A stretch of DNA of 63,615 bases, the filler included, from Lenisia limosa (taxonomy: Eukaryota > Protista > Breviatea): the NCBI GenBank assembly GCA_001655205.1. It is 7 parts of 7 records of this genome, joined end to end, with 100 filler letters (N's around TTAATTAATTAA, not from the genome) between each part and the next. Parts side by side here need not be neighbours in the genome. Positions count along the whole stretch, not along the records: positions 1 to 27,084 come from LPNZ01010993.1; positions 27,185 to 42,353 come from LPNZ01001388.1; 5 more parts are not named here. The stretch is one strand, 5' to 3'. Under the pieces are notes generated by a model that saw only the letters and a list, made by a program, of their open reading frames with translations, searched no databases and was not told the origin of the DNA. Position 1 is the stretch's first letter. Each line of letters opens with the position of its first letter. Position numbers and translations under genes: made by a program. Of the stretch, positions 25,340 to 39,100 are shown piece by piece.

Positions 25340-27084
25340 CGTAGGAGTGGGACAGTCAGTTGATAACCATAAGATGGGACTTTGGTCCAGTGGCCGACAT
25401 CTTATGGTGGGCAAGGAAGCTCAGAGAGAGACTGTAGGGTGGAGGCATTGTGGGCTGTGAGAGTGAGGTAAATGCCGCTACTTTTAGTCGGCAAAATGAG
25501 GGATGGTATCCTTGCTGGGATCGCGGGTTGAGGAATATTGCAAAGAGGAGTGGTGATAGGGGGTCTCCTTGGGGGGGGGGGTCCCTCTGCGGAGNNNNNN
25601 NNNNNNNNNNNNNNNNNNNNNNNNNNNNNNNNNNNNNNNNNNNNNNNNNNNNNCACACAGGTTAAGTTGGTCAGGAATGACTCTATGAAGAGGCGTATCT
25701 GCGGTGGTGGGAGGAGGGTGCCTAGGCCGTCAAGGATGCCAGAGTGGGGCGTTTTGTCAAATGCTCCTTTGATGTCGACAAAGTGAGATAGGAGTAACTG
25801 GTTACTTTCTGCAGCATCTCTAGGAGGGTGCGGATACCGAGTANNNNNNNNNNNNNNNNNNNNNNNNNNNNNNNNNNNNNNNNNNNNNNNNNNNNTCTTC
25901 GATCATTCTTAGCATTTGGCGTGCGAGGATTCGTGTGAGCATTTTTCCATTGTTAGAGGTGAGGACAATTGGACGGGTTCTGCTCAGGTCGCTAAGAGAC
26001 CGGCTCCCTTTTTCCTTGATCCGTTTTGGAGGAGAGTGGAAAACGGGCTGCTAAGAGTTCGGTAACGTGATGGGGAGCATGGGCTATGTGGGGTCTAGAG
26101 ATACCATCTGGACCCTGGGCGGTGCCGCCTTCCGGGAGATTGGCGAGTACTTCCTCGGAGGTGATTTTCTCGATCACGGGTGCCCACATGGAGGCAGTTG
26201 CATTTCGCTGCACCATAAGTGATGCCCGTTGGGAGTGGCGGTGGCGTGAGGGTGGTACCTTGGGGGGTCCCATTTGCGTTAAAGAATTCTTTCATGGCGG
26301 CTAGGTGTGATAGCTGGATTATCGGTTCCCTTTGGGGTGGTTACACAGTATAAGCGTGGGGGCTGGGTCACATGCTCCAGTGAAGGTTTTTAGGGCACTA
26401 CTGAGTGTCGCCCTGAACTAAGGTCGAGTGCGTCAAGGGCTGCCTCGGCTGCAGCGGCATCCTGTTTCTTCCAGTCGACCGCGGCTGTCTGGAGGATGAT
26501 GGCGGCCTCCAGGGCTGATGTCCATTTGTCGTCAGATACTTTTGACAAGGGGCCAGTAAGAAGGATCTAATGATCTTTCTCATATTGTACTTTGGCGCGA
26601 TTTGGGACTCAGGTATCGACGTCTAGTGGTGTTTAGGCGCAGAAGTGATTGAAGACCACTTAGCCGATCGATGACTTGGCTGACCTCGGCGTTGAGGCGG
26701 AGTGCCTTCCCGGGGTGGCGCGGCCTACAGTGAAGAGCATTGACCTTAATTCCCTCATTGAAGCGATTTGGGAGAGTAGGGAGTTGGCCTCGGGGGCGCT
26801 ACTGGGCGGGGAGGTTTCCTCTGTGATGGTGGCGGCTACAATTTCTGCATATTCGTCTTTTTCTTTCTTTTCCCAATGTGAGAAACGGGGGGACGCTATT
26901 GACCTTGAGGGAAGAGGGGATAGGGGGAACAGGGCTCGGAGGGGGGGTTCTGTTGTCGTCGACCTCAGCTCTGGTTCGAGCGAGGGGCTTTTTCTTCCCA
27001 GTCGGGTGCAGAGACGCTCGAGGATTGGGGTTGCCTTCTTCTCTTTAATAGGGGAGGTTGGGGTTGCCTTCTTCTCTTTGATAG
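25340..27084 (-). mobile_element. Decayed non-LTR retrotransposon (LINE) reverse transcriptase region
   Basis: Ordered RT motifs: ITSEEV...GTAQGPDGI (about 26100), TRPIVLTSNNGKMLTRILAR (about 25950), FVDIKGAFDK (about 25770), PQGDPLSPLLFAIFL (about 25550), and a frameshifted HFAD* in place of FADD. Stops and frameshifts throughout; cut by the scaffold end. Confidence 0.87.
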
Positions 27085-27184
27085 NNNNNNNNNNNNNNNN
27101 NNNNNNNNNNNNNNNNNNNNNNNNNNNNTTAATTAATTAANNNNNNNNNNNNNNNNNNNNNNNNNNNNNNNNNNNNNNNNNNNN
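27085..27184. other. Artificial scaffold-joining linker
   Basis: 44 N + TTAATTAATTAA (stops in all six frames) + 44 N. Confidence 0.95.
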
Positions 27185-30100
27185 TGGCGGAAGATCGGCA
27201 GGAAGATCATCATCAATGTCGGGCAGATTCGTAGGCAGTAGCTTATTGATACCCGTGCTGGTGGTCATATGCGGCAAAGCGGGGAGATCAGGCAGCTCGA
27301 ACGACTCTCTTTGTGCCTTTCGGTGAAGAAACTCCTCTTCCGTCATGTCCTCGTCCTCTTCCTCCAGTGTCGAGCGCAGCAGATTCTGAAGGTCAAAGGG
27401 CCAGAAAGCAAGAAACAAACCTGTCGTGGCGGCTTGATCTCTGTGATCGGCATGTGGTGCGGCGACAGTTCGCCACCAAAGCCGTTATCCTCCTCCTCGG
27501 CCATCGGCTCCTCCAAGGGGTCTCCTTCTTCGCCTTCAGCAGCACTGCAAACGTGAGTTTTCCCCTGACACGTCAGAACTTACGCTTCAAGAGCAATGAT
27601 TGAGAAGCGGCGCTTGATGTCTCTCGGGCCTCGGCTGGAGGCTGTGGCGATGGAGGGCGCTTCTGAGACAATCTGAGGAGTAACGACACGACCAGTGCAA
27701 CATACCGTTTCAGGAATGGATTCTTCGGAGTCGACTGACGCACGGCGGCGAGAGTTTCTGACGTTCATCATGATACTGGCTGCTTCGTGTAGCACCGCAA
27801 CAGCCTAAAAGGTCATGGAAAGCCAAGAAGACATCAGAAGCAAAGAAGCCACCCCCCCCACGTCCGTATGGAGCCGTCGAATGTCGGTCTGCTGCAGGTC
27901 GAGGATGTCAGCGGTCCAGTTCTCCGGAAGGTCAATGGGGATTTCATCGTCAATCAGCTCTCCGCGCAATCTAGCGAGGGCGTTGGCGCCAATGTTGCCG
28001 TCAGCGTTGTCTCGGATGGCGTCTTCACCCCAAACCTCGCGTTCCTAAATAACGGTAAAAGGAATCTAAAGGAGAGAAAACACCTACTCTTTTGAGTCGT
28101 CGGTTCTCGAGTATGAACTGGGCATGGCCCTTGACTTCATGGACGGCACTGATGGCGGTGGCAACAAGGTTCATGATGAGCAGGATCAGAATACCCCACG
28201 TGATAACTTGCTCTCCGTTGTCTCCGACTTTCTCGGAGTAGAAGAGGATTCCAGCAAAGAGGGTGAGGTAGGTTGCGGCAAGAGTGAAAAACTCGAGTTG
28301 GTTGACAATGCGTTGGGTGAAGGGTCGCGCGTAGACTTGGGCCAAAAGTCCGACAAAGAGCACTGTAAGACCAGCAACTGCCTGGAATGTCAGAAAGCAA
28401 TCCAGCCAGACAGACAAACCTTAAGTAGAGGGTCGGCGGGAATGAAGGTTACGGCAAGGACCATTGAAAGTTTTCTCATCAGAATGCAGGACTCCCACAT
28501 GCGCCATTGGTGGTTGTAGGGCGAGTGGAGGATGGAGTATCGAATGACATTGTCCATAGACATCAGCTCAAACCTGAACAGTGAAATGAGATCGCGAGGG
28601 AAGCCAGCCAGATGACTGGATGAGCTTACCGGAAGTAATGGATGATGAAAACGGTCATGGCTGGGATACCACAGGCATAGAGAAGAATACCAAAGATGAC
28701 AATCGGAAGGTTGTTAATCCTAAGGAGTTAAAACAAATCTAGGAGTGCGTGACAAACCATTCATCCTCGTAGCAGTTGATACTCGGGTCGGCATCCATTG
28801 TGAATGAGCCGTCTGCTTGCTGTGAGCAACGGAAGGAGTCAAAGGACACATAGGTCAGAGACGTGTACATGACGATAATAGCGGCACACATGGAGCCGAT
28901 AATAAGATTCCTTGCCTCGTCAAGGGAAGGTGGGATGGGCAGGTTGAGATCTTCCTCTTCCTCGCTTTCTTCGCTGCCGGTCTGCTCTGAGCCTCCTTCA
29001 GGCTGAGCACTGTTACCATTTCCAGCGGTCCACACCGTTTGGCCTGAAGGCGCGGGTTCTGTCCGTGCAAAGCGGCGAGCCTTGCTGAGACGGCGGTACT
29101 TTCTAACAAGATTGCGGCCAGCAGACATGATGACGTAGGCAGGCGGCATGAGAATGAGCGTCAGGAACGGCAGCGACAGCTTGATCATCAGACGGCCCCA
29201 GTAGGAGAGCGGTAGCGAACACTCGGGTGCGGTGAAGTCGGTGTTGATGTTGAAGATGGAGAACAGGTTGAAAGCAGTGACAAGCGTATCGGGCCAGCGC
29301 AGGTTGAAAGCAGGCTGAAAGGTGAGAAATGGAGATCATTAAAGCAGGCTTACGTAAACAGCAATCATCTGCAGGAAATTGAGACCAATAGAAATGGAAC
29401 TCATCCTAGCTCCGGACCCTCCAGTGGCCAAGAGTGCAACACAGATGGCCAGCAGCAGGAGGACCACAACAACAAGAAGCAGCGAGCTGGAGTTCGGGCA
29501 TTTGGCACACGCGTCTCCAAGACGGTAGTAGCCGTCAATACAGGCTCCGCAGATGTTGCCCGTGTAGCCTTCCTGGCAGGTGCTATTGGTTCCTCCAAGA
29601 CAAGCCTCAGTCTAAGATCAGTGAATTCAGTAAAGTAACATGGTCCCATTGAGACAAGACACACGACCCTCACCGGCATGCACTCATAGATTGTGGCCGA
29701 GCCGTCGGCAGGCGCCCAGTACCCGGGCTGCGGGGTTGGCGACACAGATCCGGTGGGACACACGCCACCCTCTGGACACTTCTCACAAGGCCCTCCATTT
29801 GGTCCGTAGTAGTCCTGCAATGTGAGAGGCATGGAAGGGAGGCAGTGAAGCTAACTTGGCGACACACGCAGGCAGTCGGCGAGGTCTGGCCAGTCAACGA
29901 CATGGTAGTGGTCGTCTCAGAGCAAGACTCGCACTCAGAGGGGTAAACCGTGGCTGATGTCTGGTATGAGTCTCGAGGGCACAGGACGCATGTTGTGAAG
30001 TCAAGGGCGTACTCTCCCTGCGAGGTAAGATGGTAACAATGTGATAGAAAGGATAGAAAGGCACAGGACAACCCAACCAACCGGAATACAGGTGGCAAGT

Positions 30101-33100
30101 ACGGCCAAGGCGACAGGCGACTGCGGAAGGTGCTCACCGCCAGCAAGGACTTGGACGAGGTAGGAGCCTGACTGCGAAATGGTATAGACAATGAGGACTT
30201 CGCCATCGCCGATCTCGCGGATGTCGACAGAGGCGTACGACGGCGGTGTGGTGGGCGGAGCGGATCGCACGCCTCGAGGCGAAGTTTGGCCAAAGAGGTC
30301 GGCAGCAAAGTCAGCGGCATGGCTTGGCCACAGCTGTCCATTGACGAAGCGCCGCATTGAAGTGCGAGACGCAGCAGACATGTCGGACACAGCCGAGGTG
30401 ATGATGATGTCGATGTAGGTGGCGGGGTTGACAATGGGGTTGCCATACTCGTCGACTAGGTAGATGGTGAAGCTGGTTTCGATTCCTCTGCGAGCGTCAA
30501 TAAGACCATCGCCTGATGCAGCAGATGTTGAGGCGCTGACGTCACCAGCAGTGGCCTCCAGGATCAGAGGCGTAACGAACTTCTCCTCCGAGTTGACGAC
30601 AAGGCTGAACTGGTACAACCCGGCAGTCTCAAGAACGAAACTGATAATGTACTGTCCATTGACAAGCGGAGTCACCTGAAGTGTCAATTGAAATGCCATC
30701 GGGATTAATATGCCAAAGAAACATCAGCAATACAGACCCATTCCCCGCAAACGGATGGAATAGTTGTGGTCGCGTTGGCAGAGATGATGGTCGGCTGGAT
30801 AACGAGGGTATCATCAAAGGTGTCCCGAAGGTTGCCGTAGGCATCATAGGCGGTGAAGATCAAAGATCTGAGACCAGCCTTTTGAGCATTTAGGTCGTCG
30901 CCCGCAAGGGTGGACTTGTTGGCAGAAGCCTCGTTTGGCAGAACCTGGATGGTGAGAATGATTACGCCAGAATACAGACGTCAACAAAGATGGGACCAAC
31001 CGTGAAGAAGAACGGAACGCCTGCAATTTGAACGCCATCAAGGCGGATATCGAGTTGCTTGGGGCCCTTTGTGAAGAGGGCGTAGGTCAGGGCAAGGTCG
31101 TAGCCCGTGCTGCCCCAGGAGTGGTCACTTGAAGCAAGGAGGCCAGTCGACTCGAGGAACGATGCCGACGGAAGCGCTTCCAGCACCATGGCTGCCGGCG
31201 TGGGGTTGCCGTAGGAGTCACGTGCAAGGATGGTGACCGATGCGTACTCGCCAGCAAGGGAGGATACGGGGTCAACGGCAAGTTGGCAGCGAGCAGCGTC
31301 GGTGGCGGCAGGTCCGACAATGTAGGACTTTTCGGGACTGTCAACACCGTCAATGGAGATCTGGAGTGTTATAATGTGTCAATGAAGATAATGAGAGTTA
31401 TAATAAGACAAAAGAGACAGCTTACGAAGAAGTAGTACGTTCCGACGACGACTCGCTCAATGGTGGCACTGTATACGCCGGTGCCCTCATCTGTCAGTGT
31501 CTTTGTGACGGAAGCGCCCGTTCCAACGCGCCACGTGACCTCAACAAACAGGCCGCCGGCAATGACTTGGTTACCAAAGGGGTCGACAGTAGTCACGGTG
31601 AGGATGGACTGACCGGCATGGCCGTCGGTGGCTGCCGGACCGGCAACAACGCTATTTGCAGCATCAGCGTCACCCGCAATAATTCGGACATCCTGGGGGT
31701 AGCCGGGGATCATGAGCCCGCCCAATCGAATGGACACTGAGTACGTTCCGGTCTTGGTTGCGTTGAATGCAAGCTAAAGAGTCAGAACGGTCTTGGTTGC
31801 GTTGAATGCAAGCTAAAGAGTCTTAAATCACAGCAACAAAGTCACAGCAAAAGAGAGAAGAGCTTACGATATTGACGTTTCCAGTTTCCAGGATCTCTCC
31901 CGTGATGATGGTGTTATCAACGCTGTGCGTGGCTTGAATGCCGAGGGTCGTGGTGGCAATGGCGTTCTCATAGGCGTCCATCACCTCAACGTTGAATACA
32001 ACCCATTCGCCGGCTGTAGGCTGTGGCGTCGTCAACGTGGCGTTGGTGCGCGAGTGGTCAGGCGCGGCCGTGGATACCTGAAAGATCAAAACAGAAGAGA
32101 AAAGAAGAAATGCAATGAAAACAAGAAAGAAGCTTACGGTGAACTGGAAGGGAGAGGAGTCACTACTGACAGTGTCATAAGTGAACGTCATGTTGTAGTC
32201 TCCGGCGGTAGTCCTGAGGACGGAGTATGTCACACTGAATCCGGCAATCGATTCCACAGTCAGGTCAAAGACGGGGGGGTTGGAGATGATGGTGACAGGC
32301 CAGTTGTTGGCACCCACAACCGCCTGTCCTACATTGTCCAGAACGGTCATGGTGAAGGTACAGCGCCCTGTGCTGCCGGCCAGTGTGCAAGGGCCGAAAA
32401 TATCGATGCCTTGTATGAAGGCTTCGGGCGGTAGGATTTCGGTATCAAATGGCCCGGCCGGCAGTGGCGTGCCAAAAATATTCACTGACACGCTGTAGGT
32501 GCCGAGACTGGACGATAGGAAGCTGATAATGAAGACATTGTCGTCGGAAGTGATCTCAATGGCGCAGGCAAGGCCGAGCGGCACATCAGGCGTTCGTACG
32601 AGGGCAGTGATGTTGGACGGCTCAACCGGGGACGGGTTTGCAAACACATCAAGAACCGAAAGCTGTGCCGAGACCAAGGTGTTGGACGAGGAGTTGGCGG
32701 GGTGTTCGTAGACAGAGGCATCGACGGAGGGAAGAGCGGCAGTGATGGACAAGGTCAGGCTTACGACTTGGACGTTGTTCCATTTGACGGCCGTGAGCAT
32801 TGCTCCAACACTGGTTTGCAGCCAACTGGCAGTGCACACATGGTCGGCATTCGGGGTTCCGCATGTCAGGGTCTGGGGGGCTCCGCTCACCGTGAGGCTG
32901 AAGAGAAGCGACAAAGTGCCTGCGCTCCACGGGTTTCCGAACTCGTCGACCGCCCGAAGTTCCACGTCCTTTGGACCCGTGGTTCCGTCGTAGAGGCCGG
33001 AGCCCTGGAGAACGACGCTGGACGGGAGAGGGAAAATGGCAAGGACGCTGAGGCTGTTGGTGTCGGCCACAGCGGCATTCAGCGTGACCTCGATTTCGTA

Positions 33101-36100
33101 CGTGTCGGAGGCGTAGAGCGTGAACTGCTCGTTGCTCTGTCCTCGAAACACCTCGACTGCGCCTGAGTCGCTGACCGTCACGGACANNNNNNNNNNNNNN
33201 NNNNNNNNNNNNNNNNNNNNNNNNNNNNNNNNNNNNNNNNNNNNNNNAACCGGAATATTGTTGAGGTATGAGTCACGGGCTTGGACGGAAACGAACACTT
33301 GCGTGCCGGCATTGACAGTGGCAACCCAGGACGGGCCAGAAATGAGCGTCGTGGCCAGGCTGAAGAACGAGGGGTTGACGAGGAGGAACCTTCTTCCGAC
33401 TTCGCCGCCGGCGGAGTTGACAACCACCGTGTAGTTGTGGGCAGTAGTTGGTTGGAAATCGGCTCCGGACGCCGGGGTGAAGTCCACAGCGCCGTGGGCG
33501 TCGAGGACCGTGATGGACACAGTGGGGTAGTCTAATCGCCCCGAGGGGATCAGGTTTCCGAACTGGTCCTTGGAAGCGACTACAACGTTGACTGCCATAC
33601 CCGCATTGATGGTAGCATCCCAACCCGTGCCGGACACGTCAGCGGCTCCCACGGCCGGCCCGGCGGCAATGAGAGTCAGCGTTGCTTCGTCAGCAAAGAC
33701 TTCTGCCACCTTTACTCGGATGTTGTAAGAAGACGCGGCAACGATGTTGATGGTCTCCCCAGAGACCGGGGACTGGACGAGGTTGTTGAGTTGGTCGTAC
33801 ACCTTGATGGAGATGGTCGGGTATGCAGGGTCTGAGAGACTCAGCTCATTGCCAACAATATCAAGTGCACGGACAGTTACGGAGAGGGCGTCGCCGGCGG
33901 TGCAGGTTGAGCTCCAGGCAGTACCTGAGATGTGAGCGGCACCAGGCTGCGGGGCCGCTGGCGAAATGACCAAGGACCTAGAGTCAGCCAAGGCAGCCAC
34001 TGAGAAGACGTTGATGGTGTAGGTGTCGGCAAGACTGAGTGTGAAGGACGCCTTGTTTTCGGGCTGCAGAACTAGGTCCAAGGCGGAGTCAAGGATTTGG
34101 ATGACGACATTGGGGAAGTCCACCCGGCTCGGGGGCACGATGTTGCCAAAGCTGTCTTGTGGCTCCACAGCAATTTTGATGGATTCGCCCGCAAAGGCCG
34201 TTCCGACCCAGGCGGAACCCGACACCACGGCAGCGCCGTTAGCCGGGGCGGCCGCAACGACCTCAAGGAGTTTTGTGGCAGCCTGGCTGTCGACAGTTTC
34301 AACAACAATGGTGTGGGTCTGGGCAGAGGTGAGGTTGAAAAGTTCGAGACTGGCTGGGCTGGCGACCTCAACATCGGACCCGTTCAAAACGGAAATCGTG
34401 ATGTTGGGGTAATTCGGCCGCGTTGGTGCAATGATGTTGCCGTATTGGTCCTTCGGCTCGACATTCAGCGAAATGTCAACGCCGGCGGTGATTTGGCCGG
34501 ACCATGCGGAGCCTGAAACTTCGGCCCAGCCTGGCACGGGAGAGTCAGGCCAAACTTGCAGGGGCCTCGTGTCGGCAAGGCCGGCAAAGACCGTGACCGA
34601 GACGGAGTACGTGTCAGCCACAGTGAGGCTAAAGGCATTGCCATCGTCAGGCTGGGCAACAATGACGTCATTGCTGTCTTGGATTGTGATGGTGACTGCA
34701 GGGTAGTTCGGCCGCGACTTAGGGATGATGTTGCCGTACTGATCCAATGCCTGTACGTTGATGGTCACGTCGGATCCAGCAATAGTGTCAGTATCCCAGC
34801 CAGTGCCGGAGATGGTTGCGGATCCAGCTGAAGGCCCGGCCGCGAGGACGGAAGTTGGCATTGTGGCTACAACGCCTCCGGCTGAGGTCACAGAAATGGA
34901 GTACGTGCCGGCGGCGGTGAGGGCGAAGTCGGCGGCNNNNNNNNNNNNNNNNNNNNNNNNNNNNNNNNNNNNNNNNNNNNNNNNNNNNNNNNNNNNNNNN
35001 NNNNNNNNNNNNNNNNNNNNNNNNNNNNNNNNNNNNNNNNNNNNNNNNNNNNNCGACGGGGTAGTCGCCGCGGCTCATCGCCAGCTCGTTGTCGTAGGCG
35101 TCAAGGGCGACGGCGGTGACGGAGACGACCTCTCCAGCCTCGATGATGGCGTTCCAGGCAGGACCATAGATGCTGGCCTTGCCGGATGCTGGGCTTGTGG
35201 CTGCTATAGTGAGGGCCCCAGTGCATGCGAGCGTTTGTTCGGTGTATACCTTGACAACATGCGTGTCAGCAACGTTGATACTGAAACTCTCGCCTCCTGC
35301 CACCTCCACAACTGCGTAGTCGTCGCTATCAATCACAACGACTGTGGTGAGGGGTAAGTCCGGCCTGCTATCGGGAATAACGTTTCCGAACCGATCCTGT
35401 GGGACAACCGAAATTGAAGTGGCCACGGCGGCGGCGATGGAGGTTCCCCATCCAGGGCCTGAGCACAGGGCGCTGCCAGGTTCTGGGTCGCTGGCATAGA
35501 CGGTCAAAGAGCGATTGGCGCTCTGCACCCCTCCGGTGGACACAGTGATGGAGTATGTGTCAGCGGCTGTCAGGACAAACGGCACGGCGCTGGACGGCTG
35601 AGCCACAACTGTGCTGCCGCTGTTGAGGACCGAAATGGCGACAGCGGGGTAGTCGCCGCGGCTCGAGGGAATCTCGTTGTCGAACTGGTCCAACGCCACA
35701 ACGGTAACGTCCAAACTGCGGCCGGCGGCGACGGAGTCGGCAGCCCAGGCCAGGCCGTGGATGTCTGCCCGACCGTTGACGGTGGAGGACGGCGCAATGT
35801 TGACGTTGCGCGTGAGCGCCAAGCCGCCTGCAGAATAAGCTGTCACGACGTGCTTCTCGGCAAGCGTGAAGAAGAAGAGCTCGTCACATTCAGGCGTAGC
35901 AACCACGCTGCCATCAGGTCCGGTAACCACTATCGCCAATTCAGGGTAGTCAAATCGACCGCTTGGAATGGGGTTATAATACTGATCAGTTGGTTCGACG
36001 TTGACAGAAACATTTACACCGGCGACGACCGAAGCGGCAATACCAGTGCCGGAGACGAGAGCGCGACCGGCGGCGGGTTCGGCCGCAGTAATGGTGAGGG

Positions 36101-39100
36101 TTGACATTTTGACGGTTGTTGACGCGAAGACAACGCGAACGTCATAAACGCCCGCCTCGGTCAGGACAAACTCAGCGCCCGGGGCCACGTTGACCGCCGC
36201 CACAACTGATGGGGGGAGGGTGGCAGTCACGGACACGACCGGGTAGGAGCCGTGCGAAGAGGGCACCGTGTTGCCATGGGCGTCCATAACAACAACGTCA
36301 ATGGCAAGGGCCGACCCAGCAGGGTTGGACATTCCCCATCCCGAGCCAGAAACCTGGGTTTTGGTCGGGTCAGGAGGGGCGGTCAGGACGCTGAGCGTTT
36401 TGGTGTCGACCGCTACAGCGGCGGTGAAGACGGTGACATTGTAGTCCACGGCCAAAGTGAATGTCATTGGGGTTGCGGCGGTTGNNNNNNNNNNNNNNNN
36501 NNNNNNNNNNNNNNNNNNNNNNNNNNCCAGGACAGTGTCACCCGCGGGGTTGCCCACGTGCACCACGACGGAGGGATAGTCGAAGCGGGAGCTTGGGATG
36601 ACGTTGCCGTAAGTGTCCAGAGGCTGCACAATGACCATAGACGAGATGCCCGCAAAGACAGAGGCGTCCCAGCCCGATCCGGAGATCAGAGCCGAGCCAG
36701 GCACCACGTCGGCCGCCTCAACAGTGACGGCTGTGGTGTGGGCGGACAGACTGTCAAGTTGGACGGAAACAGAGTGAAGACCCGCGGTGGTGATGCTGAA
36801 AACTTCAGAAGGCGCTCCAGAGAACAAAACCGTCAGGTCCGTCTTCTGGGCAACTACGGAAATGGAAGCGGGGTAGTTGCGGTGGCCTTCAGGAATGGTG
36901 TTGAGGAAAACGTCTCTCACAACAACATTGACGGAAATGTCGCTTCCGGCAGTGACTCGAGCGCCCCAGGCCGGGCCAGACACGACAGTGTAACTGTTCA
37001 CCAGAGTGGAGGGGTCGACATACAAGGGTGCAGAGTCGACGAGAGTGTTGGTAACGTAGACGGACACAGTATGGTTTCCAGCGAGTGACACGCTGAAGGC
37101 AGTTTCATCCTGACAGGCCTGAAGGAAGGCGCCAGTGACGGTGGTGATGATGATGTCGACTGCAGGGTAGTCAAGGCGCGAGGTGGGAATGGTGTTGTTG
37201 AATTCGTCTCGAGGGGTTACGTTGATACTTACAGACTGCCCTGCAGTGATTGCGGCGTTCCAGGCTGTTCCCGTAATGACAGTGGTTGTGGGGGCGGCGT
37301 TTGCAGCATGAATGACGAGGGAACCAGTCTTGGCAGTTGTGGCCGAAATGACGACGTTGACAGTGAAGGTGTCGACCGTACTCAAGGTAAATGCCTGGGA
37401 CGGGCCAACTCGGACTACCTCAGTGAGAGAGCTCGAGAGGACCACAACTTCGACAAGAGGCCAATCGTCGGGTGTAACGGAGTTATCGAAGGCGTCTTTC
37501 AGGTCTACATCTACCAAAACACTTTCGTTGGCTGTGGCCTCAGTGTTCCAACCCGATCCGAAGGGGACCGTACGACTAGGCACAACGGTGCCTGGCAGAA
37601 TGGTCAAAACAGCCGAAGCTGAAGGTACGCCAGCCGTGGAGACAGAAACGACATAAGTGTCAGCCTTGGTGATGACAAAAGGCACGGCTGAGAGCGGCGA
37701 AAGGAAAATGGCGCTTGTCTCGTTGTAGATCACCTCGATCTCGACAAGGGGATAGTCGCTTCGGTCGACAGGGATGGCGTTGCTGTACTGGTCCAAGGCA
37801 ACGACTGTCACGTTAACTGCCGTATCGGCTACAACAGTGGTGTTCCAGGCTGAGCCGGAAATTGCGGCTTGTCCAGGAACGGGGGAGTTGGCATGCACCG
37901 AAATGCGGTTTTCAGCGGACAGAGCGCCGGCAGTGAAGACGACAATGGAGTGCGCCTCTGCCGAAGTGAGCACCAGGTTCTCAAAGGCGGTGGCCGAGGC
38001 AACAGTGACATTGTTCGCGTTGACAGCCTGAACAAGGATGACGGGGTAGTCGCCTCTTGTGCTGGGTACCTCGTTACCGAATGTGTCGAGGGGCCACACT
38101 TTCGCCTGGATAGCCTCGCCAGCAATGGTGAAGTTTGCCCATGCAGAGCCAGCGATCACGGCCGACCCTGGAACAGGGGCTGCAGCGTTGACGGTCAGCA
38201 CAGACGAGTCGGCTGCTTCAAACATGACAAAGACAGTGACTGTGAAGGTCCCAGCAACAGTGGGCGTGAAGGCCTCGGCAGCGGCAACGGAGAAGACAAT
38301 GAAACCGGTGTCGTCAATGACTGTAACCGAGACAGAGGGGTAGTCGCTTCTGTGCGGGGGGACCATGTTGCCATAAACGTCTTGAGCGTTGGTGTCAATC
38401 GACACAGTAGTACCCGCATCAATGGTGGTGCCCCAGCCTGAGCCTGAAACCGAGCCTGAACCGGCATGGGGTGAAGCTGCGATGACGGTGAAGTTATGTC
38501 TCCCAGCCAGCACTGCGTTGATCGTGACTGTGACATAGTAGTCGGCTGCAACAGTCAGGTTCCAAAAGGCTGAGGCCTGGGGGGTCTGAACTATTCCGTC
38601 ATCGGATGAGCGGAAAACGGAAATAGCCACAATCGGCGCGGCCGTCACGGTGTTGCCGAACTCGTCCAAGCCGGCCACGTCAATCTGGAGGGGCGACCCG
38701 GCACTGTGGGATGAGGCTGTCCAGAGCCAGCCGGAGATGGAGGCGGATCCCGGCAGCAGCAGGCCCGGCGTGACAATGAGTTCTTTGATGGCTGCGACCT
38801 TATTAGCAGTCACAACGGTCAGCGTCATAGTGCCACTCTTGGTGAGGCGGAAGGATACGCTGTGTGAAGTGTGTTCAAAGATGGTGGCGCTGGCGGCGTT
38901 ACTAGCGGTGAAGTGGAGCAAGGGGAAATCGTAGCGTCCTACGGAGATTCGGTTGCCGAACCGATCCAGAGGCTCAATGACGACGTCGATGGACGTGCCG
39001 GCAACAGTGGAGCCGAGCCAGGCCGAGCCGGAAACAGCAGCAGAGCCCGGGACGGGAGAATCAGCCACCACGGTCATTGAACTGGCCAACGTGTCAACGC

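Noticed and set aside
34788-34891. Frameshift or programmed recoding between the two giant ORFs
   Set aside because: The frame change falls at an N gap whose length appears overestimated when compared with the paralogous repeat unit.
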